Source: Eledone cirrhosa
Lineage: Eukaryota
Direction of reading: 5' to 3'
Assembly: GCA_964016885.1 (NCBI GenBank)
Contig: OZ024740.1
Span: 143,530,001 to 143,594,000, forward strand
Length of the DNA stretch: 64,000 nucleotides
In this document: piece after piece, positions 1 through 14,000 of the stretch
Numbering within the stretch: the first letter of the stretch is position 1
Layout: each line of letters begins with the position of its first letter
Position numbers and translations under genes: made by a program
The notes under the pieces: model-generated
Databases searched by the model: none
Told to the model about the DNA's origin: nothing
The model's input: the letters and a program-made list of their open reading frames with translations, nothing else

Positions 1-1940
1 CAGGGGAACACACCAGTCAGATAGATTATATCCTTACTAGAAGACGTGACAGAGTGTCTGTTGTAAATACTAAATCCCTCCCCCGTGAAGAATGCACCTC
101 CCAACACTGCCTCATAGTTAGCAACCTCATACCCAAAACTAGACATACTCGACAACAGAGGAGAAGAATATGAAAGTTGAAGGACCCCACAGCCTGTAAC
201 AAATTTAAAAGTATATTACTTGATGCTTTTGACAGTAAGAAAGAGCAATTAGAGACGTACAGCATCTGGAATGGTGGGACACACTATGGTCACCTGGATA
301 GTAAACCAAGTAATACAGAATGGAATCATACCAAATGACTGGCGTAGCAGCATCATCATTAACTGCTACAAGGGTAAAGGAGATGCTCTAGATAGGGGAA
401 ATTATAGAGGCATTAAGTTAGTTGACCAGGTCATGAAGGTCACAGAAAGAGTTATAGTGCAACTAATCACAGAGCGAATTGATCTAGATGAAATGCAGTT
501 TGGGTTTGTGTCAGGTAAAAGTACCACATACTCTTTTCCTTGTATGGCAACTACAGGAGAAGTACCTAGATAAAAGTAAACCCCTCTACTTAGCTTTTAT
601 TGACTTGGAGAAAGCCTTTGACAGAGTCTCCCCACCCCCCTCCATTATCTGGTGGACTCTTAGAAAACTTGGTGTAGATGAATGGCTTGTGATAGCTATA
701 CAAGCCATGTATAGAGGAACAGTCAGCAACGTTAGAATTAACAATAAATATAGTGAAGAATTTAGCATCAAAGTTGGTGTTCATCAAGGCTCTGTCTTTA
801 GCCCCCTCTTATTTATTATTGCCCTTCAAGCTATAACAGAGGAGTTCAAGACCGGCTGCCCGTGGGAACTTCTATACGCAGATGATCTAACTCTCATAGC
901 TGAATCGATGGCTGAACTAGAGAAGAAATTCCAAACATGGAAGCATGGCCTAGAATCAAAAGGCCTTAAAGTTAACTTGTCTAAGACTAAAGTTCTAGTA
1001 TGTAGAAAGGAAAATAGGGCACAGGTGCCCTCTGGGAAATGGCCATGCTCAGTGTGTAGGAAAGGAGAAGGCAGAAATTTCAAATGTCAGAAATTTCAGA
1101 AATTTCAAATGTCCCAAATGCAAACTATGGGTACATAAAAGATGTAGTGGGATCACAGGTAAACTATCTAAGAAGGTAGATTTTATATGTGGTCGATGCT
1201 CAGGTTCAATAAGTAGCAAGTGCCCACAGGATACTAGCTCCTTCTATTGCCCAGATGGTTCTATAGAAATTGTGGACACTTTCCGTTGCCTGGGTGACAA
1301 AATCAGCAGTGGTGGAGGGTGCTCTGAAAGTACAGTAGCCAGAGTCAGAACGGGATGGAAAAAGTTCAGAGAGCTTATACCATTATTGGCCACTAAAGGT
1401 TTCTCTCTAAAAATGAAAGGTAGATTGTAAGATGCCTGTATACAAACAGCAATGTCTAATAGTAATATACGCGAATGGCAAAAGATAAATGAACTGGACC
1501 GAGATCTTTGTGCATAGTGAAACCTTCAGTCAGTAGGCACCGCTTAACCAACACCTTGCCTATGTGCATAGTGAAACCTACAGTCAGTAGGCACCGCTTA
1601 ACCAAATATACACCCCATCCTACTACCCCCGACTCCACCCTCCCACTCCTGCCAACACTACCCTTTCTCTGTAAAGTTATGTTGGTACCACAACATCCAC
1701 TCCAAAATAAATGAGGTTGTGTAGGTGTCATGATAAAAAAACACAGTCCACGCTGTAATGTGGCCGTGTAGGTAACACAGTAAAAAACTCCCAGTCCACA
1801 CTGTAAATGTGGTTGGTGTTAGGAAGGGCATCCAGCCGTAGCAAACCTGCCAGCCAGTCCTATACGAGCAAGACATGGTCACCCGACCGTCTAAACCCAT
1901 GCTAGCGTGGAAGATAGACGTTAAACAATGATGATGATGA
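1..1940 (+). mobile_element. RTE-clade LINE, 3' part, decayed (RT, internal PHD-like finger, 3' UTR, (GAT)n tail)
   Basis: NYRGIKL, FIDLEKAFD, GVHQGSV and YADD RT motifs; WPCSVCRKG cysteine cluster; ends gacgttaaacaatgatgatgat. Frameshifts and internal deletions. Confidence 0.93.
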
Positions 1941-2334
1941 CATTTCTTGTATTCAAAGACAAACAGAAGAGTAAAGACTTCTGGTTATGAACATCAGAAA
2001 GAGTAAAGAACTTGGAGAAATTAATGGATGTTCATTGATTTCATCTGTCCAGTAAAATCGACTGCAATAATATACAAACTGTGTAAAATATAAACTTCAG
2101 GTATCAACATTTACATATGACTCATTTTTATTTGAGTATTGACAATAAATCATCATCATCATTTAATGTCTATGTTCCATGCTAACATGGGTTAGACGAG
2201 TTGTCCCATTTGAAGCAAGTCAGGTAAGATGTTACAGTGTTTCTCTCATTGATAATTCGACAATCACAAAAATAATGTTTAAAAAAATCTTGTATTTTGA
2301 ACTAAAATATTTTGCTTTTTCATTTTTTCAGATA

Positions 2335-2374
2335 ATGAAGATTTTACCACTACTCTATTTGCTGGCAATGACTT
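2335..2374 (+). CDS. Coding exon 1: first half of signal peptide (MKILPLLYLLAMT)
   Basis: Polypyrimidine acceptor ttttttcag ending at 2331, ATG at 2335, donor T|gtaagt (phase 1). The acceptor implies an upstream non-coding exon. Confidence 0.85.
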
Positions 2375-5300
2375 GTAAGTGATTTATCACCATCACCATC
2401 AACATCATCATCACCGTTTTACATCTGCTTTTCTATGCTTGCATGGGTTGGAAGTGTCTTTTCTAGCACAACCTCCTTCTACTCATTGTGGTACTTCGTC
2501 ATCTCTGGTACCTTCAGCAATTTCAGATGAGCACTCAAAACCTCTGCCCTGATCTGCCTTGGACGCTTAATGCAGCTTTCTTCCACTGGCATTTGTGCAT
2601 CCAAACGGAAGACGGGTAAATTCGTATATTCGGCCACAGGCTTCGAATGCAGTCAACTTAAAGTCGGAAGATTTGATGGGTATTTGGTGATAAGCTGCCT
2701 TTAGATCTATTTTCGAGAAATATTTGTGTTTTGAAATTTTGTTGAGTAGGTCTTCGATTATGGCATTAGTGGTGTGTAACGATTTATAGTGCCTGAGTAG
2801 TCTATGACAAGCCTTTTTTTGTTTTCTTGATCTATTACGAAACACTGCGCTCTCCATGGGCTTCTGCTCTGTTGAATTATTCCAGCTTTAAGCATTCTGT
2901 CGATTTCCGTTTTAATGAATTGCTGATCTTTATTGTATTTTCGAGGAGGTATAGATAATGGTTTTAATTTTGTAGTATCGATTCCAGGCATTAAATCATA
3001 TTCTTCACAATTCAGAGTTTGCATTGACATACATGTCGTGACTGCTCTCATGTCCCCTGCATATTTTATTGTTAAAGACTTATGCCTTTTAAGTATATCA
3101 AGAGCCATAACTACTGGAGCAAAGAGTTTGTCAACCACCATTAGATCGATGTGGTATTCTCGGCCCTCCCATTCTAATGTTGTTTCAAATGTACCTCGTA
3201 TTATGAGTTTACTGTTGTCGGCTAAAATTACACTCTTATTCTTAGTTTTCTTGAATTTACTTTGCCATTTCGACAAGTGGTTCATGTCAATGAAAGACTT
3301 GTCTGAGCCTGTGTCAAGTAAACCTTCTGTTTTATGTGAATTGACATAAATTGTTAAAAAGTTTGTATTATGATTCACGGAAGCAAGTTTATAGCAGGCA
3401 GCAATATTACTGCCATCATTGGAGCCCTCGTTATTATTCAAGACTGCTGCGTGTTTTATCTTCTTTAGTACCTTCTTATTTTTAACAAAACATACTGTTG
3501 CCCAGTGGCCTTTCTTGTGGCAGAAATTGCAAGTTGAATTTTTTGCAGGGCACTCTGATTTTTGGTGATATGTACTACCACACCAGAAACATTTTAATGA
3601 AGAAGCAGCGAATACGGGTTGTGACGGCGGTTGTATTGTTGTTGTTGACAGATTTTGTGCGTCTTCTATTGCCAGTTCTAATGTGAGAGCGGTTTGGAAT
3701 GTTTTATCTAGATTTTTGAAACTCCTACCTGTATCTTGAATACATCACTAAACTCATTACCTGCTCTCATTTTACTGACAGCACCTTTGTACATAGCTTG
3801 CATGGCTCTCATAACCCACTCATCTACACCCAGCTTCCTTAAGGACCACCAGATAACAGATCAATGTATAATTCTCTCTACAAGTATTAAATGTGTTATT
3901 ATTCTAACAAAAGTAGAAATCCAGTTTTTCTTATCTGTAATTCAGCAACAAGCCTTTTAAGACCATTTTCCTTGCTATATTAAGGGTTATCCCTTCATGG
4001 CATCCTTTTTGAGGCAATATTTTACAGCCACATTCCCTTCCTGTTGAAACCTCTTTTAGTCACCTCTTACAACACACATGGTTATGTAAAATCTGAAAAT
4101 ATATTTTCATCTTTTATAGATATATCAATGGTCAATGCACAGCTTAACATTGAAGCAAATGGTAATTGTATTATAAAAATCTTTGATTTTAAAACCAGAT
4201 GCTATCTTTTCTACTCTGCTTTCTGCTTCTTTCTCATAGTTAATAATCTTTAGTCACTAAATATATTTCCTCCTTTGAATGGGCAAAATTTCATCTTCAG
4301 AGCCCAAAAGACAATAATGATTATAAATATGATTGTGATTATAATATTGATTGTAGTAATACAAACTGTTATCTTAAAATATCAATTTGACAAAACTGTA
4401 GAAAGTAACTAAAGACTATTTAGTAAAAACAAATGTATATATATATATATATCAGCAGCAGCAGCAGCACTTAACATCTATTTTCCCTACTTTTGAGGAT
4501 TGAATAGGTCATTATAGAATAAGTCAGTACTTAATTGAAGCCAATAGCCTCTCAACAAGTCAGGTATCACATCTCACTTACATACATTCCTGAAATGTAC
4601 ATGTTGTAACAGATGCATTTTATCATGGCACCAGCTCTAGAGGGGTTTTTGTACCCTTGATAAAACTGAAGAGGCTTCACAACTCTTTGTTGGCCCAGTT
4701 TTCTATGACTGAATACCCTTCCTATCACCAACCACCTTATAGAATGTACTGGCTGGTTTTCTCATGTTGCCAACACTAGAGAGGTTATCATGCCCTTAAC
4801 ACAACTGAAGCGTCCTCTTGACCCTTTTTTGGTGTGGTTTTTCCAGCTGGACACCTCTCCTATCACTAACCACCTTACAAAGTGTACTGACTGCATCTTT
4901 TGTGGCACCAGCACTAGGGCAGTAGTCACGGTGTAGTCCTACAGATGGAAGCTCTTCCTAACACTAACCACTTTGATGGGGGAGGTAAGAAGGATGATGT
5001 ATATATGTGCACACACATACATATTACATATATGAATACATATTCAGAATTCTGTACATTTTTGGAGACACTTGTGATCTGTACATAAGTTGGTATAACA
5101 TGTGAGTAATGTAGCATGTCATCAGGGTCATGGTCCTTGAAAGACTTTCAGTTGTCTCCAATGGTAACATGACGCAAGATGATTAAAACTTAAGGATCTG
5201 CTGCAATATCTTCCGTCTTCTTCGTCATTATGTGAGTTAATTTAACACCTGCTTTATCACTATTGAAGATTGAAGACAATGAAACGCATTTAGTCTGAAT

Positions 5301-7998
5301 CCTCACCCTCAACTTTGCAATCTTTAAAGACCCTACTAGGAGGACAAACCTTCTGATGACATCACTGTCAAGGTCTGATGAACATGCAAGCTTCTCCACC
5401 ACATCATAGTAGATCTCTCATTCAATTTCTCATTAGTTCTGATAATCTTTATTATATATTTTTACTTTTAATTTCCATTATAAATATATCAAAGCTGATA
5501 AAAACTTAAACTTAAATCAATAAATTTAATATATCTATTTCAGGAACAATTTGGTTAGGGGAAGAAATAACTCTTAAAACTCCAATCAGTGCTAATACTG
5601 CGGCTATTACATGGAAAAGTGAAGGAAAGAATATTGCATGTGACAAAAGTTGCGGTGGGAATGAAGACTACAAAATTACTAGGGGAAATGGTTTATCTAC
5701 CCTTTGGATAAGAAATGTTTCTTGGCAATATCGTACATGGACAGTTATTGAAAATGATTTGGAAACTAATGACTTCACTATGGATATAAATGGTAAGGAA
5801 ATAATTTCTGATGATAATAATCATGGAGCAAGTATTTTATGGTGTTAAATCAAAGTCAACATTTGTATTTTAATGATTTATTTTCTATCTTGAATTGTAA
5901 TATTTCTGTAATATATAATAATGTGGGATAGTTAACTAAATGAACTGGTTAGATTAACCCCTATGTCCTTGTTCTAATATCTTGACCACATTTCCAATAA
6001 TTAGGTGTCTATATTACCACTTAATTGTTATATGGTTGACAATCTTTCGGTATCTTCTAATATCTTAATCACATTCCCAGTGGTCACTTATCTAATGTTA
6101 GGGGGTTATAAACCCCTATAAAATAAGCTAATTTGTCAGACTGCCATATTTGTGTTAAAAATGTTTGTTTTTTGAAATTCAGATGTTATGTTGATTTTAT
6201 TTATTTTTTTTTTTTATATAGAATTTTAAATAATAACATTCTTATTCCTTTTCTATCTCTAAGAATGATTCCACATTCCTTAGTACAGATGTATTGGAAG
6301 GTTTTATCTCTGAATGGTTTAGAAATCATATAAACACAAATTTAGCAGTATGTCTTATTTTATATAGTTGTCACAGAATTTTGAATCTCATAACTTGTTT
6401 GGTTTTAATATTGCAGTGAACTTTGTATATTTTCTGTTAGCCATGTGATGTTATAGACTATTTCCAACTCTCCTTATTTTCTGATAACTTTTTCTTGGAG
6501 TTGAAAACTGTGAAAACAACCACACATTAAGAAGACCCGCTTAACATTTGCAGAGATAGGAGAAATCAATCTAAATATACCTACAGACTAACAAAGAACA
6601 GTCTGTCTGAGGAACAATTTGTCCTCTATATATGATTATATACACTTACAGACTGATGAGGATTCTTTGTTACTAAAATATACATAAACCAACTTTATAC
6701 TGATATTATTCTTGTTTTTTTTCTTTCCTTTTTTCAATTCTTGAAATGACAAAGAAATTGGTCTTATTTTTCATTGATCAGAACCTTTTTCCAAATTCTC
6801 ACTGCAAACAAATCTATTGTAACCAAATCTTGACAATACAGTGTGGGAATAAAGAATCTGTAAATTAAAAAAATAGCTTGTGGTAGCAATAATAATAAAG
6901 GCTTACCTTGCTTCCAGAATTCACTTAGAGGAATTTTTAATAGCAGCTCTTTCATGCTAAACAGCTTAAAACACCACACTTTTCTGTGAGTCTCACACTC
7001 ACATACACACGCAACCATACTTTGAAAAAAATTCTATGTTGAAAGAGGATTGGAGTTCTGTTCCTTCACTAACCTGGCACTATTTCCCTCTCATACTTCT
7101 GGCTCTTAACCCACAATACTACATACATTTTAAAAGACGGTATCATAGAAGCAACTAATTCATTATCGCTGGCAGGGCCTATGAGAGGGGGTCCAACTAG
7201 TACTTTGTTCCGGGGGCCCAAGACCTAAGAAGGCCCCACAGCAACCATGCAACATCCATTTTGAGAATTTGCCTGCTTCAGAGCAAAATTTCTCCTGGAA
7301 GCCCTGATCGCAGGCACAGTTTTTTTCTTTGGCAATTTCAGTATTGAAAAGTCTTCTAGTAGATGTTTCTCAAATGAGATGGAGGTGGGTGCAAATATTC
7401 TAAAATGCTGCTATTCGCACCAGAAATCAACATTCTCTGTTAACTGTTCTCTCTCATTTTCTGCATCATCATCATTGAACAGCCATTCTCCCTGGTAGCA
7501 AGTGTTGGACAGGTTATTACAGAATGAGTCAGTGCTCAAGTAGAGCTACTGACCTCTCAGATGGGTCAGAGGCCCACATTGTGCTTACATATATTTCCAT
7601 ACTCTATAGAGTGCACTTTATTGTGGCGCCAACATTAGAAAGGTTGTCATGACTTTGACACTGCTGAAGAAGCCTCTCAACCCTTTATTTGACCAGTTTT
7701 CTATGACTGAATACCTTTCCTATCACCAACCACCTTGCAAAATGTACTGAGTTTGTTTAATTAAGTCACCAACACTAGAGAGGTTGTACCTTTGACGTAA
7801 CGGAAGAATTCTTTTGACTCTTTTTAACACGGTTTCTATGACAGGATTCTCTTCCTATTGCCAACCAAGTCACAGGTTGTACTGGGCGCATTTTTTGTAG
7901 CACCAACATTAAGGAGGTTATTGGTAATTGAGTTAACTGAAGATCCCTCTCTACTCTATGGGAGGGGATGTTAAAAAGGATGGTAAGTATAATGCATG

Positions 7999-8029
<31 letters not shown>

Positions 8030-11000
8030 TTGTATGTATAATATGTACACATGATATATTTTGCAGTGAAGCCAACGATTCATTTTGAAATCAAACCAAA
8101 TTGTGACTACAAAATAAAAACGACTTGTTCTAAACCCAAGGCAGATATAAAATGTCTCTACGGTGTAAGTAAATGGAATTGGGTTTTTACCTGTTTCTCT
8201 TCCTATCATTAACCTATTCAATTATGTGCTAGGGAGTGGATTGCTTAATTTTATTTAAGGTAACTGGAGTGAGTAGGGTGTATCTTGCTTAGAGACACAA
8301 CACAATTACTCTAGTACAGTATTTGTAATTCTAAGTCGGGACATATCAGTTCAAAATGAGATTAACAAAAAAAGATTTGACTATGGTATTTTAAGAAATG
8401 AACTGAGCATCAAATAACATTGTGACATTTACAATGTGGAACTTGCTTGATTAAAAGTTTTTTATCAGTCCAGTAATGAAGCAAAAGAATCATCATCCAT
8501 CATATGTAATATTTTCCAGTATTTTCATGTGTAAGTACAACAGTGGCACTGATCCATGATCATAACAATCTATGAGCTGACTGAGAGCAATGTTAGACAC
8601 TTTTGTCTATGTTGATCAATGTTCACTTGATGCCTAAAAAAACACATTTTTGAAGCTGTGCACTCCATCAGATTTTAAAAATGGAATAATTCCATAGAAA
8701 ATGAGATTTACAATTGTGATTCATAAAGAGCGGGTTTTCCATTTTGTTTACAATATCATATAAGACATGGGAGGACTTTCGGGTTAAGTTAGAACCTGAC
8801 ATTTGATCAGTAAATGAAATATTTTGGCAAACTATCTCCTGACTTCATTATAAGAAGTCCTCCTCTACACCTGCTTTCAAGAACTTGTCTGGGGTTCTTG
8901 TTTCTGAAGAGAGGTGCATCCTCATAAGCTAGAGAGAGTACTTTGCTGATCCTGGGTCACAATAGTTAATGTACATGAGTAGTGTCTAACCTTGCGAAGG
9001 CTGTGGTCACCAGAGCAATTAAAGTGCTCAAATGTGGCAAGGCCGCTGAGGAAGATGAAATTGGGCCTGAGGTTTAAAACCTTAAATAGAAAAGGTATGT
9101 TCTGGCTGACTCATGTGTTAGGTGGCCTGAATCTCTGTGAAGGCACCAAAGCACTAGCAGCAGGGAGTGATACAATTTTAGAAGAAGTGAGATTGCTCTA
9201 ATTATTTGTTGTTAACACAATATAAACTATAATAAAGTAAGAAGCGCGGGATTGCTTAGTAAAATAAGTTGGTTTACTTTGAATAAATAATGAATGAATG
9301 TTACATAATTTATCTACTAAATTTCGTGGCTGTTCATTAAATATATTTTATTATTTATTTAAAGATTCGCTTCTTTAAAATTTTCAAATGTAAACACTTC
9401 CGATCGCTTAAATAAATACTCATATATTTCCTTCACTAATTTTCTCCTAATGCAGTTTATATATAGTATCGTCTTTTTTAATGTATCATGGATTACATTA
9501 CTGATTAAATAAGACAGTGTAACACAGTCTTCGTTCAATTTCTGTGTATATTGTCAATTACGATTTTATTTGATGTATCATATCTACATGCATATATACT
9601 TGCGTAAAATATCAATATACACACTAAACATACTAGCAGAAAACCACCCGAAGGGTGGTTTTTCTGCTAGTTTATTTAATGAATATGATTTACAGAATAA
9701 ACAAATCAATAGAAATTAATTAGAGAAAGAAAAAACAAAAAAACAAGAGAAGATGGGTACACTCAATTGCATGCTACAACAGGGAATGTTCGTATTTCCC
9801 TAAAACATTTTGAGGTAATCAAGACACTCATGACATTGCTGCTGGAATAGCCAAGCACTCTTATGAGCATCACCTGATACTTCAGTAAGATGAGCTGCCA
9901 ACAATGACAAGAACCTTATTGTCAGCAACCCTGCTACCACCAAATATTTTGAATGCTTCAGGCTGAAACATGGATTACCAATAATTCACTGTATTTCAGA
10001 ATTTTATTTCGTTTGGCTATGGTTGCAGTGACCCCCATTTTTTCTGCAGCATCTAATATATGAGGAGCAAAAGCATCACTGACTGTGGTGCCCCATAAGA
10101 CGCATCTACTTTTAGCCTGAGGGCAAAGAGTAAGACGAATGAGCCTCTTTCCATTAACCCTGGACAATCCATTTCTAACAGAATTTGGAATTTCAAAATA
10201 TTTTCCACTTACTATAGCTAATCTTCCAGCTCTAATCATATCATCTAGATAGAAAAATATATTTACTATTATCGATGGGGGATGGGGCTGGAGTGTTGTA
10301 ACACTTTTCTGCTTGTTCGAGTTTAGGGTGGGGGGAGGTAGTGGATTAGCTAACCTGCTTCTGCTGCATGCATTCCACTTGCATGAGAGGCGAGTTCTTC
10401 ATATTACAGAATTTTTCTCAGTCCTGGATCATCTCCTTTATGGGATTTAACTGCATGAGGTCGGCCTTTATGACACCATCTCATCACAGAATTTCCTAGG
10501 TCTTCCTCTTCCAAGGGTTCCTTTGACTTCAGGAGCCCTACATTTCTTTATGCAGCTGTCATCCTTCATACATATTACATGTTCATACTATCGCAATTTC
10601 TTCTCATGAACACTACACATGATGCCTCTTATGCCCAGCTTTACTCTTAGCTCATTGATATTTCATCGCTCTTATATATTACTATTATACATTCATCGGA
10701 GCATGCTCATCTCATTTCTTTCCAATCTTTGTAAGTCCTCCATACACAAAGCCAAAGTCTAACTACAATGTAGCATTGCTGTTCGTACACAAGCAGCATA
10801 CAGTCTGCCATTCACTCTGAGGCAGAAACTTTTTGTAGCTAGCAGTGACAGTAGCTCCCTGACTTAACTTTTTCCAACCAGTCCTTATTCTGGCTACTGT
10901 ACTTTCAGAACACCCATTCCCACTACGAATTTGATCCTCTAGATAGCAGAAACTATTGACTATTTCTAGGAAGCCCTCTGAACATTTAATAGGGCGTTTC

Positions 11001-14000
11001 ATGTGTGCTCTTGTTACTTACTGCTTCTGTGCATTGGTTACATACAAAGCCTACATTTTTAACCTGGTGTAAAACCAAACTGCATCTTGTCTATGTTAAT
11101 TCTATCCTGAATTAGTTGTGCAATAACTATTTCAGTAACTTTCATGACTTGGTTCATCAACTTGATGCCTCTTTAGTTTCCTCTGTCTAGTGTGTCTCCT
11201 TTGCCCTTGATGCTGCTATGCCAGTCATTAGGTATGACACCATCCTGTATTACTTGATTTACTATGCACATAGTGTGTGCCCCACTCAACCAGATACTTT
11301 TGGCATCTGAGCTACTATCCCTGATGGCCCAGCTGCTTTACTTGTCTTCATATCCTTCATTGCCTTACTTACTACACAGTTGCTAACTTGGCTGACCAGA
11401 CCCTCTGTTGAATCTGCTTGAGGCAGGCCTTCTTTCTTCTCAGCAACAATGAGGGCAAGTCAACCACTGTCATTTTGGACACAATTCTCCCCAACAACAT
11501 CTTGATTTTTCCCTCACATCTTGCAATCCTGAACACCTCATGCCTATGGTCCCCACAGTGCAGAACATGCACACATTTCTTGTTTTCTGCTTTCCTCCTT
11601 CCTAAGTATACCTGTCACTTGGCTTCTCTTCTACCATCTTGATACTGTTCTCTGCTTCCCCCATTTTGCCAATCTTTCCATGTCTGTTTCTTAATTCTAA
11701 CTGTCTCATCTACTCTTCTATTCCACCACCATGTCACTCTATGGCATCCAGGGGCCTTGTTTTGAAGTATATGGGGACAGGGAAGGTTCTGTGGTATGAG
11801 TTAATTGGGTTTGGTGCCTGGGATGTAGTGAATTTGCATGGCATTTCAGTCATATTTCTGAACATGGTGTGGTACTTCAGCCCCTTTTCTAAAATGATCT
11901 ACCTCATTTATATCGCTTATCCAGATTGATCAGACAGAAAACTGTTGGTGGTGGAAAGGGGATGGAAGAGAGGTTTCTGATGAGGTTTAGGGAAGAGGAG
12001 GAGAATAGAATTTAGGAAAAGAAAGATGGCAAACATGGCTAAAATAGAACAGGACAAGAGAGATCTGAAGAAGTAAATTTTAGGGAAGAAAGATGAGATA
12101 GATTGAAAACAGCAAGCAAAAATAAAATGAAATATTTATGAACAATACAAGAGAGAGAGTGAGAAATGAATTGTAGGGAAGGAAGAAAAATGAGAAATAT
12201 ATAATGTATATGGCAGAATTTGCAGAAAAGAGGAGAATAGGATTTAGGAAAAGAGAGATAGCAAACATCACTAAAAATAGAATATTCATAAGATATAAGC
12301 TTTAAGGAAGAAAGATGAGATAAGAAGAAAATATATACTGTATATACTCAAATATAAGCCACCACCACCCCTATTTTATGTCTGAGAAATGAGCAAAAAT
12401 CCAACTGATCAACACATGTTTAGATAGAATGGTTTTGAAATTCTCGTGATTATAAAATATAGTTACAAAGTTTTAATATTTTGATGTTTAAAATATAGTT
12501 TTTGTTTCACACCTCCATTGGGTAATGAGTTTCCATTACGCTAAGTTTCAACAAGTTTCTCAAATGTTTGTTTACTTCTGGCCACTCACATGCTACAAGT
12601 ACTTTGAAAGCAAGAAATCAACTAAGAAAGCATTGTATTAGAATAGAAGAAGGAGGGGGTGACAGCAAGTGAGAGATGGCAATAAAATAATATTAGAAGA
12701 AAGATTTCAATTTTACAGAACATTGAAAGAAAAAGTATTATTAAGTCAGAGAAAAACATGTATGTGTGTGCACATGTGCATATGTAATTCTGTATAAGAT
12801 ATTTATGTATTAAAAAATTTAAATTATAAAACTTTGTTGGAAATATTTTCATGGGAATGCATAAAAAACACTAATGATGATGTAAATGAAGCAAAACAGT
12901 TTCATTGTAAAATAATCACTCCATATATTTTAACACCTTATTTCTGGTGAAAATCAGCAAAATATAAGCTGACACCCATTTTACCATTGATTCTTTTTGT
13001 CACATATTTATTAGCTTATATTCAAGTATATATGGTATATGTGACTGTGTTTGAAGGAAAAGGTGAGGGCTTACAAGAATTAGTCACATAGTGTTATGTA
13101 TATGCGGATGAAGTACAGAGGATATTATATGTAATATATTCTTGATTTGTGTAATGTTTATATTTTGGTTTAATGAAATTAAGCTATATCGTCAAGCACT
13201 TATTTCAGAATATTTGCAAGCTCTTTTAGTAATGGGGAATGAACTTTGACACGGGATTGGGGATCAAGTTTCATGTGACAAGGCCTAGTTTCAAAACGGG
13301 ATTTATATCATGTTGGTATCCTCTATATAGAAATATGTATAATGAGTGTTCTACCACATTCAGACTATAATCACTGTACTATGTCCAGCTCCACCACTTG
13401 TTCTGTTACCAATATAACAGAACTTATCAATAATATAGAAGATATCATTGTAAGCCTTGCATGTGTCATAGTTGAAATTATGGTAACTTTCCAGATTGTC
13501 TCAATAATGTTATACCTTATGACTGTTTTAACAAGCTAAGTAACTTAAATAGAAATAAATTAAGTATTAAATGTAATAAAGTAAAAGTTTAGTCCTTGAA
13601 AATTAGTTACTGGGGAAAAATCATTTGAGCCAGTCAAAATCTCACAAAAACTTTGAAATTCACTTTTATCATTTATTTATTGTTGTCAAACTTTTCCTTG
13701 CATTGATTATGACCAAGTTACTGACACAGTTTCACTGATAAATATAAAATGAATTTAAGTTTCTTAAGTCTCAACACAAGCTCAATCAAGTCACATACCA
13801 ACCAAGTACAACTCTGAAATTAATAATGATTTCTTTAAATATTCTTTTTTATTTTACTTTCTTTCTCAGAAAGATCTGAAACTTACACACGAATCTGAAC
13901 CTTGTAATAATCGAAGTATTAAATTAAACCCTCCTGGTGTAAATTTAATGCAGCAATCAACTACACCTGGGAAAATCAAATGTGATGTCCAACTTGATAG

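Larger units (their letters stand above)
1..5416 (+). repeat. Segmental/tandem duplication, copy A (matches 58371-64000)
   Basis: Near-identical co-linear sequence including unique intronic DNA, the Gypsy insertion and exons 1-2. The offset grows from 58370 to 58584 because of indels. Confidence 0.97.

Noticed and set aside
2179-2382. ORFs 2179-2382 and 4044-4253 as stand-alone genes
   Set aside because: They are read-through frames around true exons 1 and 2; only the spliced portions are supported.
5350-5400. Two CTGATGA motifs (and one at ~6653) as hammerheads
   Set aside because: No stem II followed by GAAA at a suitable distance.
6782-6830. Candidate exon after cattgatcag
   Set aside because: In-frame stop in the required phase; exon 8067-8164 fits both neighbours instead.
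7170-8830. Possible hAT transposon remnants (7170-7440, 8400-8830)
   Set aside because: Only a vague resemblance; no paired TIRs or readable transposase motif.
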